NCBI GenBank assembly: GCA_020137815.1
Contig: CM035351.1
Location: 9,176,001-9,240,000, forward strand
From: Hormiphora californensis
Taxonomy: Eukaryota; Animalia; Ctenophora
Length of the DNA stretch: 64,000 nucleotides
Direction of reading: 5' to 3'
The notes beneath the pieces were generated by a model. It saw nothing but the letters and a program-made list of their open reading frames with translations. It was not told the DNA's origin and did no database searches. Positions 24,406 to 39,065 of the stretch are shown here, piece after piece (positions within the stretch are counted from its first letter, which is position 1; each line of letters begins with the position of its first letter). Position numbers and translations under genes: made by a program.

Positions 24406-25249
24406 CCTGAACAATGTTGGGTGTTAGAAATGAATAAATCAATATGATTGGGGGGTCCTGGGTAGGGTAGAGAAATAAATAGGAGAGAGAGTTAGGGGGG
24501 GGGATAATCAGGAGAGATTTATACATATTTTAGGGAGAATAAATTCGACAGCGGATCTACTGAATTAGGTATCATGTACGGCACACATTTGATCTCATTA
24601 TGTATAATCTCCCCATCAAATGAGGTGAGGGGTAGAGATCGTGATACTATCCATGGGATAAATAGTGCGTGCTATAACTCAGTATGCCGTTGAGAGTCCA
24701 ATGAGTGTCTCACACCTAGTGTCCATTGATTGGAAGTTGAGGGGGGCTATTTGAGGGGGGTGCTATTTGCTGAGATATATACCCTGCTAACTTAAATAAT
24801 GCGCCAGTGGCGAGAAGTCCCACTAGCGCGCTCTCAGTAAACAGCCAGTCCAGCGGCAGATTATTTCCCACTGGCAGGTTATTTATTTTTAACTCCTACG
24901 TAACATTCAAAGTGTGTGTAAATGATCAGTTCTTACTAAAATACAGAGGGAACACTATGTGCAACACTTACACACTACATTGGAGAGAAAGAAAGGACAC
25001 ATTCCGTCAATTACTCTCTCTTTATCTCCCCTTTTGTCTCACTATCTCTTTCTCTGTATTATTTGTGACATGCCCCTTATCAGGCTATTTCTTTCACTCT
25101 CTTTCCTTAGCAACTGCTTAGTAACTGTTACCAAACAGTGTACACTCAATTGTGACGTGTTTTTAACTATTTCTCAGTTCTCTTTGTGTGTTTTGATTAG
25201 TGTTCTCTCTCTTGTTGGTGTGTAATACTTGAAATAAACAACTAAAGCA

Positions 25250-25462
25250 GGGTATATAACCCATAAACTCTGACCACTGGCACGTTATAGGTTTAAACCC
25301 CTCCGCCTCTCCCTCGGCTCCGCCTCGGGATCGTCGTCGTGATTTAAACCAGTTTATCCGCCAGCGGCGGATAAACTCCAGCTAACTTCTCCCAGCGGCG
25401 CGCTGGGAGAAAGTTATCTGAAATAACGCGCCAGTGGCCAGAGTTTATGCCTCATATCACCT
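25250..25462. mobile_element. Small palindrome-rich non-autonomous DNA element
   Basis: Inverted repeat cataaactctgaccactggcacgttat / ataacgcgccagtggccagagtttatg enclosing hairpins ccctcggctccgcctcggg, gtttatccgccagcggcggataaac and ttctcccagcggcgcgctgggagaa. Confidence 0.55.
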
Positions 25463-25924
25463 TGAAGAATGATCCCTGTCCCTTTAATGTACTGTGCTAG
25501 GTATTTGGCACACAGCTGGCGTGATGGTATTCGTTTAAAGACCTTGTGTATTCGTGATTTCTCTCTCTTGTAATAGACATTTTGGCGTGTGATTATGAGC
25601 TATCTTGTGGCAGCTTTTCTTGTGTGATCTCTCTCCCTCTCTCTCTCCCTCTAGCTCTGATCTCTCCCTCTTAGAAAACATATTAGTAAACCTCAGCCTT
25701 CCCAGGGCGCAAACACGTAGCAACATTACTTATACTCAACCGTAAAGAGCGAGATAGAGGAAGTAAGATAGAGACAGGTAGATAAAGAAATAATTAAGAT
25801 CCAAAGCTTATTTTTCGTTCTGACATTCCAAATATGCTGTGTCCTACTGATGCCAGATATGTAACTCTTTCCACTGTGTAGACTGATAGTCTGGATCAGT
25901 AGTTATTGAAGGAGAACGGACACA

Positions 25925-25966
25925 AATGAGAGAGATAGAGATGTAGAGAAGGAGAAAGATAAATAC

Positions 25967-26037
<71 letters not shown>

Positions 26038-26060
26038 AAGATAGAGATGTAGAGGTAGAA
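25925..26060. repeat. (GA)n-rich microsatellite
   Basis: Direct inspection. Confidence 0.9.
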
Positions 26061-27164
26061 GTAGATAGAATAGTCTATACTAGAGTTAGAGAAGGCCGCT
26101 GTGTAATTATCCTACGTAAGCAGGATATTTGCCTCATGGTGAACTGCCTTCCACTTTGACCTCTGAACTGTTCTGCTTCCACTGACTTCCTCGTTCATAT
26201 ACTGCTTTCATTGTATTGTTTGATGTCTTGTTTGATTTTCCAGGTTTGATTTACCATTGTTTTCAAAAAACCGTTACCATCTTTCTTAGCTTCAAGTTAC
26301 AAGTGCAACTATCATGGATCGAGCATTTGCGAAATTCGAAGGTGAGTTTCGATGTTATTTTGATGTTACCTATTATATCTGTAGAGATAAGATTGATTTA
26401 TAATGTGTGGCGCCGCCAGATCTCAATTTGATTCTCAGTGGGCTCAGATTAGGTCGGCACCGCCAGACAGTCTTCACTCTTCATGTGCCTATCCGGATAT
26501 ACCTATGATTCGATTACTTGCTACCGAGCAGCTCAGAGTGTTGTTCTGAACCCAGGCTGGTGACTGTAGTCGAATGTGTAACGTCACAATCCTTCTCAGT
26601 CCCTGAGACAGCCTCGACGAAGAAGAAGTTGTTCTGAACCGTCGAGTTAGAATTGTAGGGTGCAAATGATTGGCCTAAGTAGTAATTACCACTGCAGCTA
26701 TTATAATGAAGCTAGTAATCTGTTAGTAAATGAGATAACCACCCTGACGGGGACTGGGGTTTCATTCAGTATATATCTTGTTTTGTCAATGGATTCAACT
26801 TCAATTCGAGCAGAGGAACGCCCTAATGTTCGGGTCAGCTACTACTCCACGGCACTTGGTAGGTTCAATTAATCAGGGATAAATGGCAAAGTGGGCATTT
26901 TAAGTAAGGGGGGCTTTTACGAAAATTCTAGAGAGCTAATTACCTTCCACGTCACAATACTTCAGGGCTCAGATTAAATATTTTTTTGTAGCTTTCATTG
27001 AAACTTCGAGAGCCTGGAATAGGCGTTCTCATTAGGCTTTTGCATGCAGTATTTCGGTCCCTTGCACCCTTTTGCTCTATTGTTCAATTTCACATGGAAC
27101 AATGAATTGAGTTCTTCTTTTACCCGGATGGAACCTCCCTTCTTCCTACCATTGCGGTCCGTTC

Positions 27165-27548
27165 TCTCTCTCTCTCCTCTCTCGTCGAGATCCCCTCTCT
27201 CCCTCTCATCTCTTATCTGGTCTCTCAACATCTCTTCTCAGGTCACCTCATTTCTCCTCTCAAATCTCCTCTCTCTCGTCTCTCCTTCTCTCTCCTCTCC
27301 TCCTCTCCCATCTCTCCTCTCCTCTCTCGTCTCATCTCTCTTCTTCTCTCCTCTCTCGGTCTCTCTCTCTCCGTCTCTTCTACCTTCTCTCTCTCTCTCT
27401 CATCTCTCTCTCTTTCTTTCCTCTCTCTCTCTCCCATCTCTGCTCTCTCTCTCTCTCTCTTCTCTCTCATCTCTCTCCTCCTCTCTCTCTCATCTCTCTC
27501 CTCTCTCTCTCATCTTCCTCTCGCTCTCTCCCCGGCCATCTCTCTCCC

Positions 27549-27581
<33 letters not shown>

Positions 27582-27614
27582 CTCCTCTCTCTCTCTTCGT
27601 CATCTCTCTCTCTC

Positions 27615-27651
<37 letters not shown>

Positions 27652-27655
27652 CTCA

Positions 27656-27713
<58 letters not shown>

Positions 27714-28012
27714 ATCAAATCTCCATCTCTATCCTCTCTCCGTCCTCCCCCCTCATCTCTCTCTCTCTCATATCTTTCTCTCCTCGTCTCGTCTCTTCTC
27801 TCCATCGTCTTCTCTCTTCTCCTCCCTCCTCTCATCTCTCTCTGGCTCTCCTCTTCTCTTCTCGCTCTCTCTCATCGTCTCGCTCTATTCCTCTCTCTCT
27901 TCTCTCTCCCTCACTTCATTCCGGGCACATCTCTCTCTCCCTCTCTCTCTCTCTCCTCATCTATCTCTCCTCCCTCCATCCTCTCTCTCTCTTCTCTCAT
28001 CTCCTCTCTCTG

Positions 28013-28043
<31 letters not shown>

Positions 28044-28207
28044 CTCGTCGTCTCTCTCTCTCCTCCTTCTCTCTCCTCTCCCCTCCTCATCTCTCTCTCT
28101 TCTCATCTCTCTCTCTCCTCTCTCCTCTCTCTCTCGGGTCTCTCTCTCCTCTCGTCTCTCTCTCTCTCTCTCGTCTTCCTTCCTCTCCTCCTTCTCTCAT
28201 CTCTCAG

Positions 28208-28282
<75 letters not shown>

Positions 28283-28320
28283 CTCTCTCTCTCCCTCTCT
28301 CTCTCTCTCCCTCTCTCTCC
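27165..28320. repeat. ~1.15 kb degenerate (CT)n tract
   Basis: Direct inspection; the 461 aa Ser/Leu ORF over it is a by-product. Confidence 0.95.
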
Positions 28321-29402
28321 GCACCGCTCTAACCCCTCTATGTCTCCATTGACTCGCTTTGTTTTGTGGTCACTGCATAGTGCATGGCAGTTGATCCAAC
28401 AATCTAGTTGGTCTTCAATCGTCATATAATATTCTTAGCTAACTACTGATTAGAAATCATATAATGATTATATGATAATGCATACCGCGGAGAGATTAAT
28501 GAATGTCCCCATAAACATATGACATGCATTATTGTCAGTTATCAATAGCAGTGGTACAGCACGGCTTTCCAGCGGTCCTTATTGTAATATTAAGAGAGGC
28601 CCGCAGTTATCACCGGGATCAATAATAGTAGATCCTTTGATACACTTATAACATGTCTCTTCACGGGCACCGCCCATGGATCTATAGGGGTTACTTAGAA
28701 GGGTATATGACAGCGTGAACTGCTATTTCTTCACTTATAAGCAGACATATTCTCCTCTCTCTCCCCCCTCTAGCACGGGGCCATTTTATACTATTTTGGG
28801 TATTAAAAGTCTTGACCGTAATTTGATGGTTATTCCCTGTCTGTCATTACCCTACTGGATTAGTTCCCTTCTCTCACAATTACTACTGCATTTCTTTTTA
28901 AATTTTAACATACTGAATTAGGGAAGTTCCGTATAACTTCATCTACTTGAAAGTTACCGTAGAAAACTGTCTTTCTCTTTTAAATGGATTTTAATGGTTC
29001 TGAGTAATGAAAGTATATCAAATGACATCTGCCAAAGATATTCTTGCAATGCCCTTTCCCCCTTTTAATTTTAGTTATCAAGTTTAGATACGCATGTGAG
29101 AACACTCTAGTAAAGTTACATAGTCTACAGCTTGTATGTGTGTGTAAGAGCTAAACCATATTACTCGTTACATACAGAGCACAGACGCGATCTAGTTCAT
29201 TTCAAAATTAAATGCTCACTAGTGCTTCTTTCGCTGTATATGAGGTCCTCCTCGACTCTCTTCCCCTCCTCTCCTGCATTACTGGTTGATAGTATTGATT
29301 CATTGTTATATTTCATCACGCTACTGCATTACCTTGTCTACTAGGGCGGTGAAGGCATGGGCAGTAGTGTAGATTCTAGGGCTAGCTGATTGTTGTTTTT
29401 AA

Positions 29403-29787
29403 ATGGCGGATTCAATTCACGACCTGTTCGAGGCAGACTGTGCTCAACATGAGCTTCCCTCCCCGTACTTAGAACGAATATTCGCTAAATTTGAAGGTTA
29501 CCAATTCATTGAAATGATTTGATGAAGAATGAAAAATTGACTATAATAAATCACATACCCCCTAATAATATTATATCTAATATTTGTTTCCTTTTTCAGC
29601 TCAAGAGTGTGCCAAAGCGGAGCAAAAAGTATACGCCTGTAGGAAAGCCATCGCCGGACAGATTGTCTTTATTTTCGTCTACTTTTTCATTTTATTTCAA
29701 CTGATGTGCGCCTACAACTTCTTCTACAACGGACACTGGCAGTATCCCCTGGGACTGAGGAACCTGGCTTCAGCAAGATACCACTAG
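29403..29787 (+). CDS. Putative small single-pass membrane protein (2 exons, ~93 aa)
   Basis: Exon 29403-29496 (MADSIHDLFE...FAKFE) joins in phase 1 to 29600-29787 (AQECAKAEQKVYACRKAIAGQIVFIFVYFFILFQLMCAY...RYH*). Strong acceptor, weak donor GTTACC; no family recognised. Confidence 0.4.
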
Positions 29788-29789
29788 AT

Positions 29790-29840
<51 letters not shown>

Positions 29841-29843
29841 GAG

Positions 29844-29971
<128 letters not shown>

Positions 29972-32900
29972 AGCTGATATTGTTATATGTGACTATAAAG
30001 ACAATTGCATCCGATGGGATTGCTTTTTCATGTAAAATAATAAAACGTGTGGAGCTAAAACTGTACAAACACTTATTGTCTATTAATTCCTTACGGGCAA
30101 AGAAAGTTAGAAAGCGTGTTTTTGGTTTTTTTTCTCAGTATTGTTTCTGTTTAATTATTTGTAATTTAAAGCAGATTTGGTTTTTAATTTTGAACTTAAC
30201 AAATCTTGGACTAGGTTTTTCGAAATCATTTGGTTGATGCCATCCCCTTCACGGGGCTTCGTTTTGCTTTGCACGTTCACGCGCTTGGTAGTGGAGGGGT
30301 GACTGTTCACCACGAAATCAATTGAACTTTGGTGGGATCTACCATACATTAATTAAGACTTAAGATTGGTATCTTTCGGACCCCTAATTAACCGGTCCCA
30401 ATTTTGGAACCTCGATTTTACCGGAAAGATAACTTTTTAATGAAAGTTTAAGATTTTCGAATTCTAAATTTGGCCGATGTCTGTGATCTTTATCAAATGG
30501 TGAAAAGAATACGTGAAGTCATTTAAAAAAAATTTTCACCCCTTTTTTGTGCACAGATTTGTTTTTGTGGTTGCCTATCACATGTTAACGTGTGGTGTCA
30601 TGTCCAAATAATAATATCGCACAAACACGAGTTTGGGGTGAAGAGTTTGAACGAAAATGTAAAATCAGGGGTAAGAGGTGGGAATCACATTAAAAAATTT
30701 TAGGAGAACCATAGCCCAGAATTCGATACAATGACCTAAAATCGGATTTTCATTTCATAACAAAATTGGTCGGGAGACTTGAAATTTGGAGTTCGGAAGA
30801 AATTTGGCATGATCTTCCTAACTCCAAATTCAAATCTCATCATGAACTGGAGTTATTGTCATTTTTCTCTGTTAATCGAGCAACTGGGTAGATTTCACCA
30901 GTAAATCGAAAAATGACATTAAAGTTTTCGAAAGATATCGTTTGAGATCTACAAAAAACTTAGGGTCAATTTTCTATCTGAATGCAAGCAAAGAGTGCGT
31001 AGCCTAAATTTCGGGTGGCGCCGCGACTTTTGCACGTGCTGATCTTAGCGCTCACATTCTCCACTAGATGGAAGATTTGTCCTCATATAAGACCGTACTC
31101 TCGCAACGGGCCGAAGCCTTTGCGGCTACATGGGGCGGCGAGCGGGCTCGCGTAGCGAGTTACCCCGCGGTCTACTTAGATCTGAGTTTGTGCTCAGCTA
31201 AGAGAGTCGCACCGCACAAAGCAAAGGGTACGCGCGCCACTCTTCTCTCTACGTAGTCTAAATTCGTATCTCACTTTTCCCAAGGAATCGTGGAAAATTC
31301 ATAAAATATCCGAACGAGGGCTATTGTTGTTGGGCTCAGGGCTTTCCTTTAGGAAAAAGTAAAAACTAAAGTTATTCCTTCCAACCTCCATTGAAGTCCT
31401 TTCCTTTATCAGTATTGGAGTTATTCCCTTAATGAATAAAAGCGAGACGGACTTGTAAAACGGACTCACAACCAGCCACCAAACTTGCAGAATTTAAAAC
31501 GAAAAAGAACACTTTGGCGGGATAAGGGCAGCGCTTTTCAAAGAACACGTCGTGTGCAAGATTTTTAAAACTCGAACTTGGCAACGTTGCTGGCCCGGGC
31601 CCCCGATTGTTTCCGGCGGCCACGCGCAGCGCGGGATAAGAAATAAATAAATCTTAAAATCACTCACGTCAATAAACCATAAATATTTAAAATAAAAAGT
31701 CAGTCCAGTAAAATCACACATTGCAATGGGTGGTGGAGTCCGTGAACTTTTTCCTCTTGCCCCTGGTGCGAACCGGGTACTTCTGAGGAGACAGATCGTA
31801 ATCCGCGTTCTCGAGGAATTAATCCTTCAGCGATTTTGTCCTTGTGATTTTTTTGGTAGAAATGCGTGAAGCGAGCCATTTTTGATTATCGTTTCTGCCT
31901 CTAGTCCGAACCTCCGGAAGTGGCCATAACAAACGGGGTGAAAGCCCCTCTCTCCGATTCTCTGTTCGTTGTTGGTAATCACGTTTCTCTTCTTCCCGAC
32001 TTTCATTCATTTGTACAGAGATTTTGGGTCTTTTCCTCTGTAACTGGGTGCAGGAGGATGAAACACACGCACGCCGGGATAAGGCAGCGCTTTTCAAAAC
32101 TCCGAACACAAAAAGTTTTTTGCTTTTTTAAATATTGTATGGAAGTCTCTTATTACGGTATTTCCCACGACCGTGGGAAAAGAGAGATGAGATAGAAATA
32201 CTAAGAGAGAGCTTTCTCTCTCTAGTTTTCTATCTATCTCTCTGTTCCCACGGTCGTGGGAATAAAGTACCATTTTTATTCAACTGTTCACCCTCAACTC
32301 GTTCGCGTGCGATATTTTAATTTACGCTGCGCGCGCTACACGTTAACAGTGATAAACGCGCAAAACAATTCCGCGCACGACTTTGGGGGGTGAACAGTTG
32401 AAAAAAAAAATGGAGTATACCGTAAAGAAGCTTCCACTAATGAGTTCATGCGCGCGTACGTTAGCGCGGCTTTACAATGCAGCGCACTAAACAATATTTA
32501 ACTGGTGAACAAAAAATAAAACGGGTTAGGTAAAAAAAACGGATAAAGCGTCAATTTTTAAAACTGTCCTCACGGCTCACACCCCGGTTTTCTGCGATAT
32601 CGCTTGTTTCTGATAAGATAGGGACTCCACTCCAGGTGCATTAGAAAGAGGATTTTAAGGCCTTTCTAATGCACTTGGGATGAAGTCTCTTCAGGGACTG
32701 GAGTTATCATTAGAAATAGAAACGTAAAAGGGGGTGAACAGTGAGGCAATGTCCGTCCTGCATAATATGCCACCAAATAAACGAGTAAGCCGATTTTTAT
32801 TCAACTGTTCACCCTCCACTCAAGGCGCGTGCATATTTAAATTTATGCTTTGCGCGCGCTACACGTTAACATGTGGATAAACCGCAAACAATTCGCGCAC

Positions 32901-33393
32901 GACTTTGGGGGGTGAACATTGAAAAAAAAAAATGGATTATAAATGTTAAAAAGATATAGCTTAAAAGTCCATCTTTAAAGTTTAACCCCACCTGTAACCT
33001 CCATCTTTGACCTTCAGCAGTGAAATTTCCATGAACCCACCATGAGGAAATGATACAGCATAACCCAATTTCCGGCGACTGCATGGGGCATCTACCATAT
33101 AGCATAAACGCGATGAGGAGGAATTATGAACTTCATTTTTCCTCATGCTAGAAGGGAAAAGGCGTGTTCCAAAAAACACCCTTGCAAGATTGAAGGAAGG
33201 TCGGTATCCGAAGGATCCCTTGGGACGTTGCCCGCTGAGGAGCTTGTCGCGGATGATTTCCCGGTTGGTTTGCTAAAAGGACCCCCATCGCCGATCACAG
33301 TGGTGTGGATACTGTGAACCTCAAAAACTGAAATAGGAATACGGGCACATAGCATCATCACGGGTTTTATTGCGAGTCTTCCACTAATGTACA

Positions 33394-34985
33394 TACGGGT
33401 GTCCCATATATTTTCTTTGGTCGGTTGGCGAGCTGTCCCACGCAAAAATGGTGATAGTTGTGTGAAAACAACTACGGGAGTGTGCTGGATTAATTCCTTC
33501 CTAACTGATTGCTTTATTTTAAATTTAAATTTCAAAATGTTCATTTTTCGATGAATGAACATTGCTGCCGTTCATTCATGAATTCTGAATATTGTTTACC
33601 TTGAGTAGGCCAACTTTTTCCTTTGGCTCGCAATTATCTTTCCAATGGAAGCACCATAAAATTCAAATTGAAGCAACCAGTCACATGGAGTTTGAGAAAT
33701 GAAACACATGCTGATTTTGGCTCTTTCTTTCCCTGCGACTTCAATCAGCTGTATCGCCGCTACCTTATGTTTCATCTTTTTTTGAATTTTGGGTGATCAT
33801 GGATAAGCAAGATCTTAGCTGGACAAGAAAAATCAAGTTCATAACTCAAAGTTCCTTTTTCAATGTTGGTAGTTCATTCCACTCATTCATGAACCAACAT
33901 CCCCTAAAGTGATGAAAAGTGTTTGGGTTTTGTGTTGGCCCATGTCCCTGCAATGACGAGATGTGTAGTATACGTGTTTCCGAGCTAGTTAGGGGTCCAT
34001 GTGATCATGGTGATATCTGAAACCTTCGTTGCACAATAATTTGAGGGATTTTCTCAAATTCAAGCATGTGATTCCTCGGGTTTTCTGCGATTGGTTTTCG
34101 TGCAGCAATCTTGAGAGATCTCATAGCACCCAAAATAATGATTAGTTTCAATGAAAAGAGTTTGATTTTTATGATCGAAAATGGTCATTGAGTTCCAAAT
34201 GTGGGCATCAGTTTTTTTAATCTTATTGATCATTAATCAACTTATTCAATTTAACTTAATCATCATTTTGGGGTGCTATGAATCTCTCAAGATTGCTGCA
34301 CCGACACCACTCGCAGAAAATCCGAATCACATGCTTGATTTGAGCAAATCCCTTATTTATTGTCAAGTCGAAGTTCAGGATATCACCATGACACATGGCC
34401 CCCCTAACTATTGCTCGGAAACAGCGTTACTACACCTCTCTGTCATTGCAGGACTGGCCAACCAAACCCAACACTTTTCATCACATTTAGGGATGTTGGT
34501 TCATGAATGGTGGAATGAACTACCAACATTGAAAAATGAACTTTTGAGTTTTGACCTTATTTTTTCTTGTCAGCTAAAGATCTTTTCTTATCCAATGATC
34601 AACCAAAATTTCAAAAAGATTGAACATAAGGTAGCGGCGATACCGCTGATTGAAAGTCCGCAGAAAGAGCCACCATCATGCATGTTCATTTTCCTCAACT
34701 GCCATGTGACCTGGTGCTTCAATTTGACTTTTATGGTGCTCATTGGAAGATAATTTGGCGAGCCAAAGTTGCCTACTCAAGGTAAACATATTTCAGGAAT
34801 TCATGAATGACGCAGCAATGTTCATTCATGAAAAATGAACTTTTGGAATGTAAATTAAAATAAGAATCAGTTTAGGAAGGAATTAATCCAGCACACTCCC
34901 CGTAGTTTGTTTTTCACACAACCTATCACCATTTTTGCGTGACAGCTCGCCAACCGACCCACAGAACTATATGGGACACCCATAT
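33394..34985. mobile_element. Mirror copy of the mariner-type foldback element (left arm of giant palindrome)
   Basis: Reverse complement of 36197-37753 with many indels. Confidence 0.7.
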
Positions 34986-36196
34986 AAATGCAGAATCGTC
35001 CCCATTTGGATCCCCAGATCGGAATCATATTACAGGGATCTGATTCACTATTCCAAGAGTAAGAAGGATCAGATTACATTTGGCACGGAGCGGAAGAGAT
35101 AGAGAGAGAGATGAGAGGGAGAGATGGAGATCGAGAGTATTGAAGTATTCTAGCACTGGGATTAGAAACATAATTAAATGATTTCGACGAACCGCACGCT
35201 GCAAAGAGCTTATCAGAAATACGAATGCTGCACTGTGAAGCGATACGGGAGCAATATCCCGGTATAGCAACTGCAGGCTCAGCATGTACAGTGTACACTG
35301 TGAGAATGTATGTTGCAGATTTAACTTGCCCACGGGACAGTGCAAGGGCATCGTGTCCTGACACAGCGGTGGCTATACTCTCCATTCAGTGTGGACAGGA
35401 GACATGTGGGGGTTAGAAAGAGTTAAATAGATACCCGACCTAACTCCTCGTATGGGAGCCAAGTTATTGGATAGTTCGTTTAACTCCCCGGGATATGTCA
35501 GTCTGAGTGGGTCAGGTGGGTGCGGAGTATGGTTGCATGGCCCCATTTCAGTTTCGATAATTCATAGGAGGTCAATAGGGGTGAGACGTCATACTAACTG
35601 GTGAAGCGGGGTCAGGTCTCGATGACTTGGGAACGGCGACGGAGAGAGAGCGTGGGATGTCTGGCACGGGAGTCGTGGTCGAGAGTCAGGATACACGTGA
35701 GTGAACTGTAGAAAGGACTAGTGGGCTGGTATAAACTATTTAGACTGTGACATGTGTGATTAAACAGCAACTTATCCAATAACTTGTTTAGTAGGAGTTA
35801 GGTCGTGTATCGATCTTTAATACTGTTATTCTCAGTTTTCTGAGGCCTGAGCAGTTAATCTGCAACACTACCTCTCACAGTGTACACTGTACAGTGCTGC
35901 AGCCTGCAGTGCTATAACGGGATATTGCTCCCGTATCGCTTCACAGTGCAAGCATTCGTATTTCTGATAAGCCCTCTTTGAAGCGTTAGCGGTATCTCGA
36001 ATCATTTAATTATGTTTCTAATCCCAGTGCTAGAATACTCAATACTCTCGATCTCCATCTCTCCCTCTCATCCTCTCTCTCTATCTCTTCCTCTCCTGTG
36101 CAAATGTAATCTGATCCTTCTACTCTTGGAATAGGTGAATCAGATCCCTGTAATATGATCCGATCTGGGGATCCAAATGGACGATTCTGCATTTTA

Positions 36197-37753
36197 TATG
36201 GGTGTCCCATATATTCTGTGGGTCGGTTGGCGAGCTGTCACGCAAAAATGGTGATAGTTGTGTGAAAACAAACTACGGGAGTGTGCTGGATTAATTCCTT
36301 CCTAACTGATTGCTTTATTTTAAATTTAAATTCCAAAAGTTCATTTTTCATGAATGAACATTGCTGCCGTTCATTCATGAATTCTGAAATATTGTTTACC
36401 TTGAGTAGGCAACTTTGGCTCGCAATTATCTTTCCAATGAGCACCATAAAAGTCAAATTGAAGCACCAGGTCACATGGCAGTTGAGAAAATGAACATGCA
36501 TGATTTTGGCTCTTTCTGCGACTTTCAATCAGCTGTATCGCCGCTACCTTATGTTCAATCTTTTTGAAATTTTGGTTGATCATTGGATAAGCAAAGATCT
36601 TAGCTGACAAGAAAAATCAAGGTCATAACTCAAAGTTCATTTTTCAATGTTGGTAGTTCATTCCACTCATTCATGAACCAACATCCCTAAAGTGATGAAA
36701 AGTGTTGGGTTTTGTTTGGCCCATGTCCTGCAATGACAGAGAGGTGTAGTAACGTGTTTCCGAGCTAGTTAGTGGGTGCCATGTGATCATGGTGATATCT
36801 GACACCTTCGTTGAGCAATAAATAAGGGATTTTCTCAAATTCAAGCATGTGATTCGGGTTTTCTGCGATTGGTGTCGTGCAGCAATCTTGAGAGATCTCA
36901 TAGCACCCCAAAATGATGATTAGTTAAATGAATTAAGTTGATTAATGATCAATAAGATTAAAACTGATGCCACATTGAACTCAATGACCATTTTCGATCA
37001 TAAATCAACTCTTTTCATTGAACTAATCATCATTTTGGGGTGCTATGAGATCTCTCAAGATTGCTGCACGAAACCAATCGCAGAAAACCCGAATCACATG
37101 CTTGAATTTGAGAAAATCCCTCAATTATTGTGCAACGAAGGTTTCAGATATCACCATGATCACATGGCACCCACTAACTAGCTCGGAAACACGTTACTAC
37201 ACCTCTCTGTCATTGCAGGACATGGGCCAAACAAAACCCAACACTTTTCATCACTTTAGGGATGTTGGTTCATGAATGAGTGGAATGAACTACCAACATT
37301 GAAAAATGAACTTTGAGTTATGACCTTGATTTTTCTTGTCAGCTAAGATCTTTGCTTATCCAATGATCACCCAAAATTTCAAAAAGATTGAACATAAGGT
37401 AGCGGCGATACAGCTGATTGAAAGTCGCAGAAAGAGCCAAAATCATGCATGTTCATTTTCTCAACTGCCATGTGACCTGGTGCTTCAATTTGACTTTTAT
37501 GGTGCTCATTGGAAAGATAATTGCGAGCCAAAGAAAAGTTGCCTACTCAAGGTAAACAATATTTCAGAATTCATGAATGAACGGCAGCAATGTTCATTCA
37601 TGAAAAATGAACTTTTGAAATTTAAATTTAAAATAAAGCAATCAGTTAGGAAGGAATTAATCCAGCACACTCCCGTAGTTTGTTTTCACACAACTATCAC
37701 CATTTTTGCGTGACAGCTCGCCAACCGACCCACAGAATATATGGGACACCCTG
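36197..37753. mobile_element. Tc1/mariner-type foldback element with ~750 bp TIRs
   Basis: Ends gggtgtcccatatattctgtggg / cccacagaatatatgggacaccctg|ta; arms near-identical up to a short spacer at about 36950-36995; no coding capacity. Confidence 0.8.
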
Positions 37754-38209
37754 TATGTACTATTAGTGGAAGACTCGCCAATAAAACCCGTGATGATGCT
37801 ATGCCGTTTCCTATTTCAGTTTTGAGCGTTTCACAGTATCACACCTGTGATCGGCGATTGGGGGTCTTTAGCAAACCAACCGGGAAATCATCCGCGACTA
37901 AGCTTCCTCAGCGGCAACGTCCCAAGGGATCCTTCGAATACCGACCTCCTTCAATTTTGCAAGGGTGTTTTTTGGAACACGCCCTTTTCCCTTTCTAGCA
38001 TGGGAAAAATGAAGTTCATAATTCCTTCCTCATCGCGTTTATGCTATAATTGGTAGATGCCCCATGCCAGTCGCCGGAAATTGGGTATGCTGTATCTTTG
38101 CTCATGGTGGGTTCAGGAAATTTCCACTGCTGGAGGTCAAAGTATGGAGGTTACAGTGTGGAGGTTAAACTTTAAAGATGGACTTTTAAGCTATATCTTT
38201 AACCATTTA

Positions 38210-38875
38210 TACTCCATTTTTTTTCAACTGTTCACCCCCCAAAGTCGTGCGCGGAATTGTTTTGCGCGTTTATCACATGTTAACGTGTAGCGCGCGCAGC
38301 ATAAATTTAAATATCGCACGCGCATGAGTTGGAGGGTGAACAGTTGAATAAAAATGGACTTTACTCGTTATTTGGTTGGCATATTATGCAGACGGACATT
38401 GCCTCAACTGTTCACCCCCTTTTACGTTTCTACTTTCTAATGATAACTCCAGTCCCTGATAGAGACTTCATCCCAAGTGCATTAGAAAGGCCTTAAAATC
38501 CTCTTTCTAATGCACCTGGAGTGGAGTCCCTATCTTATCAGAAACAAGCGATATCGCAGAAAACCGGGGTGTGAGCCGTGAGGACGGTTTTAAAAATTGA
38601 CGCTTTATCCGTTTTTTTACCTAACCCGTTTTTTGTTCACCAGTTTAATATTGTTTAGTGCGCTGCATTGTAAAGCCGCGCTAACGTAGCGCGCATGAAC
38701 TCATTAGTGGAAGCTCTTACGGTATACTCCATTTTTTTTCAACTGTTCACCCCCCAAAGTCGTGCGCGGAATTGTTTTGCGCGTTTATCACATGTTAACG
38801 TGTAGCGCGCGCAGCGTAAATTAAAATATCGCACGCGCACGAGTTGAGGGGTGAACAGTTGAATAAAAATGGACT
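38210..38875. mobile_element. Two copies of a ~150 bp MITE (38210-38360, 38725-38875)
   Basis: TIR tccatttttttcaactgttcaccc / gggtgaacagttgaataaaaatgga in both copies; mirrored at about 32270-32415 and 32790-32940. Confidence 0.7.
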
Positions 38876-38878
38876 TTA

Positions 38879-38982
38879 TTCCCACGACCGTGGGAAAAGA
38901 GAGATAGATAGAAATACTAAGAGAGAGAAATTGCTCTCTCTTAGTATTTCTATCTATCTCTCTTTTCCCACGGTCGTGGGAA
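38879..38982. repeat. ~100 bp near-perfect palindrome
   Basis: ttcccacgaccgtgggaaaagagagatagatagaaatactaagagagag-aaattg-ctctctcttagtatttctatctatctctcttttcccacggtcgtgggaa. Confidence 0.85.
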
Positions 38983-39065
38983 ATACCGTAAGAGCTTCCA
39001 CTACATATTTAAAAAAGCAAAAAACTTTTTTGTTCGAGTTTTGAAAAGCGCTGCCTTATCCCGCG

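Noticed and set aside
25820-27160. Possible minus-strand exons
   Set aside because: Could not assemble a consistent spliced frame or recognise a domain.
27044-28429. 461 aa Ser/Leu-rich ORF (also ORFs at 4158-4460, 29687-30237, 41920-42231, 52162-52992)
   Set aside because: Stop-free translations of (CT/GA)n tracts.
33143-38290. Many short ORFs in the foldback element and flanks
   Set aside because: Frames not preserved between mirrored copies; no recognisable motifs.
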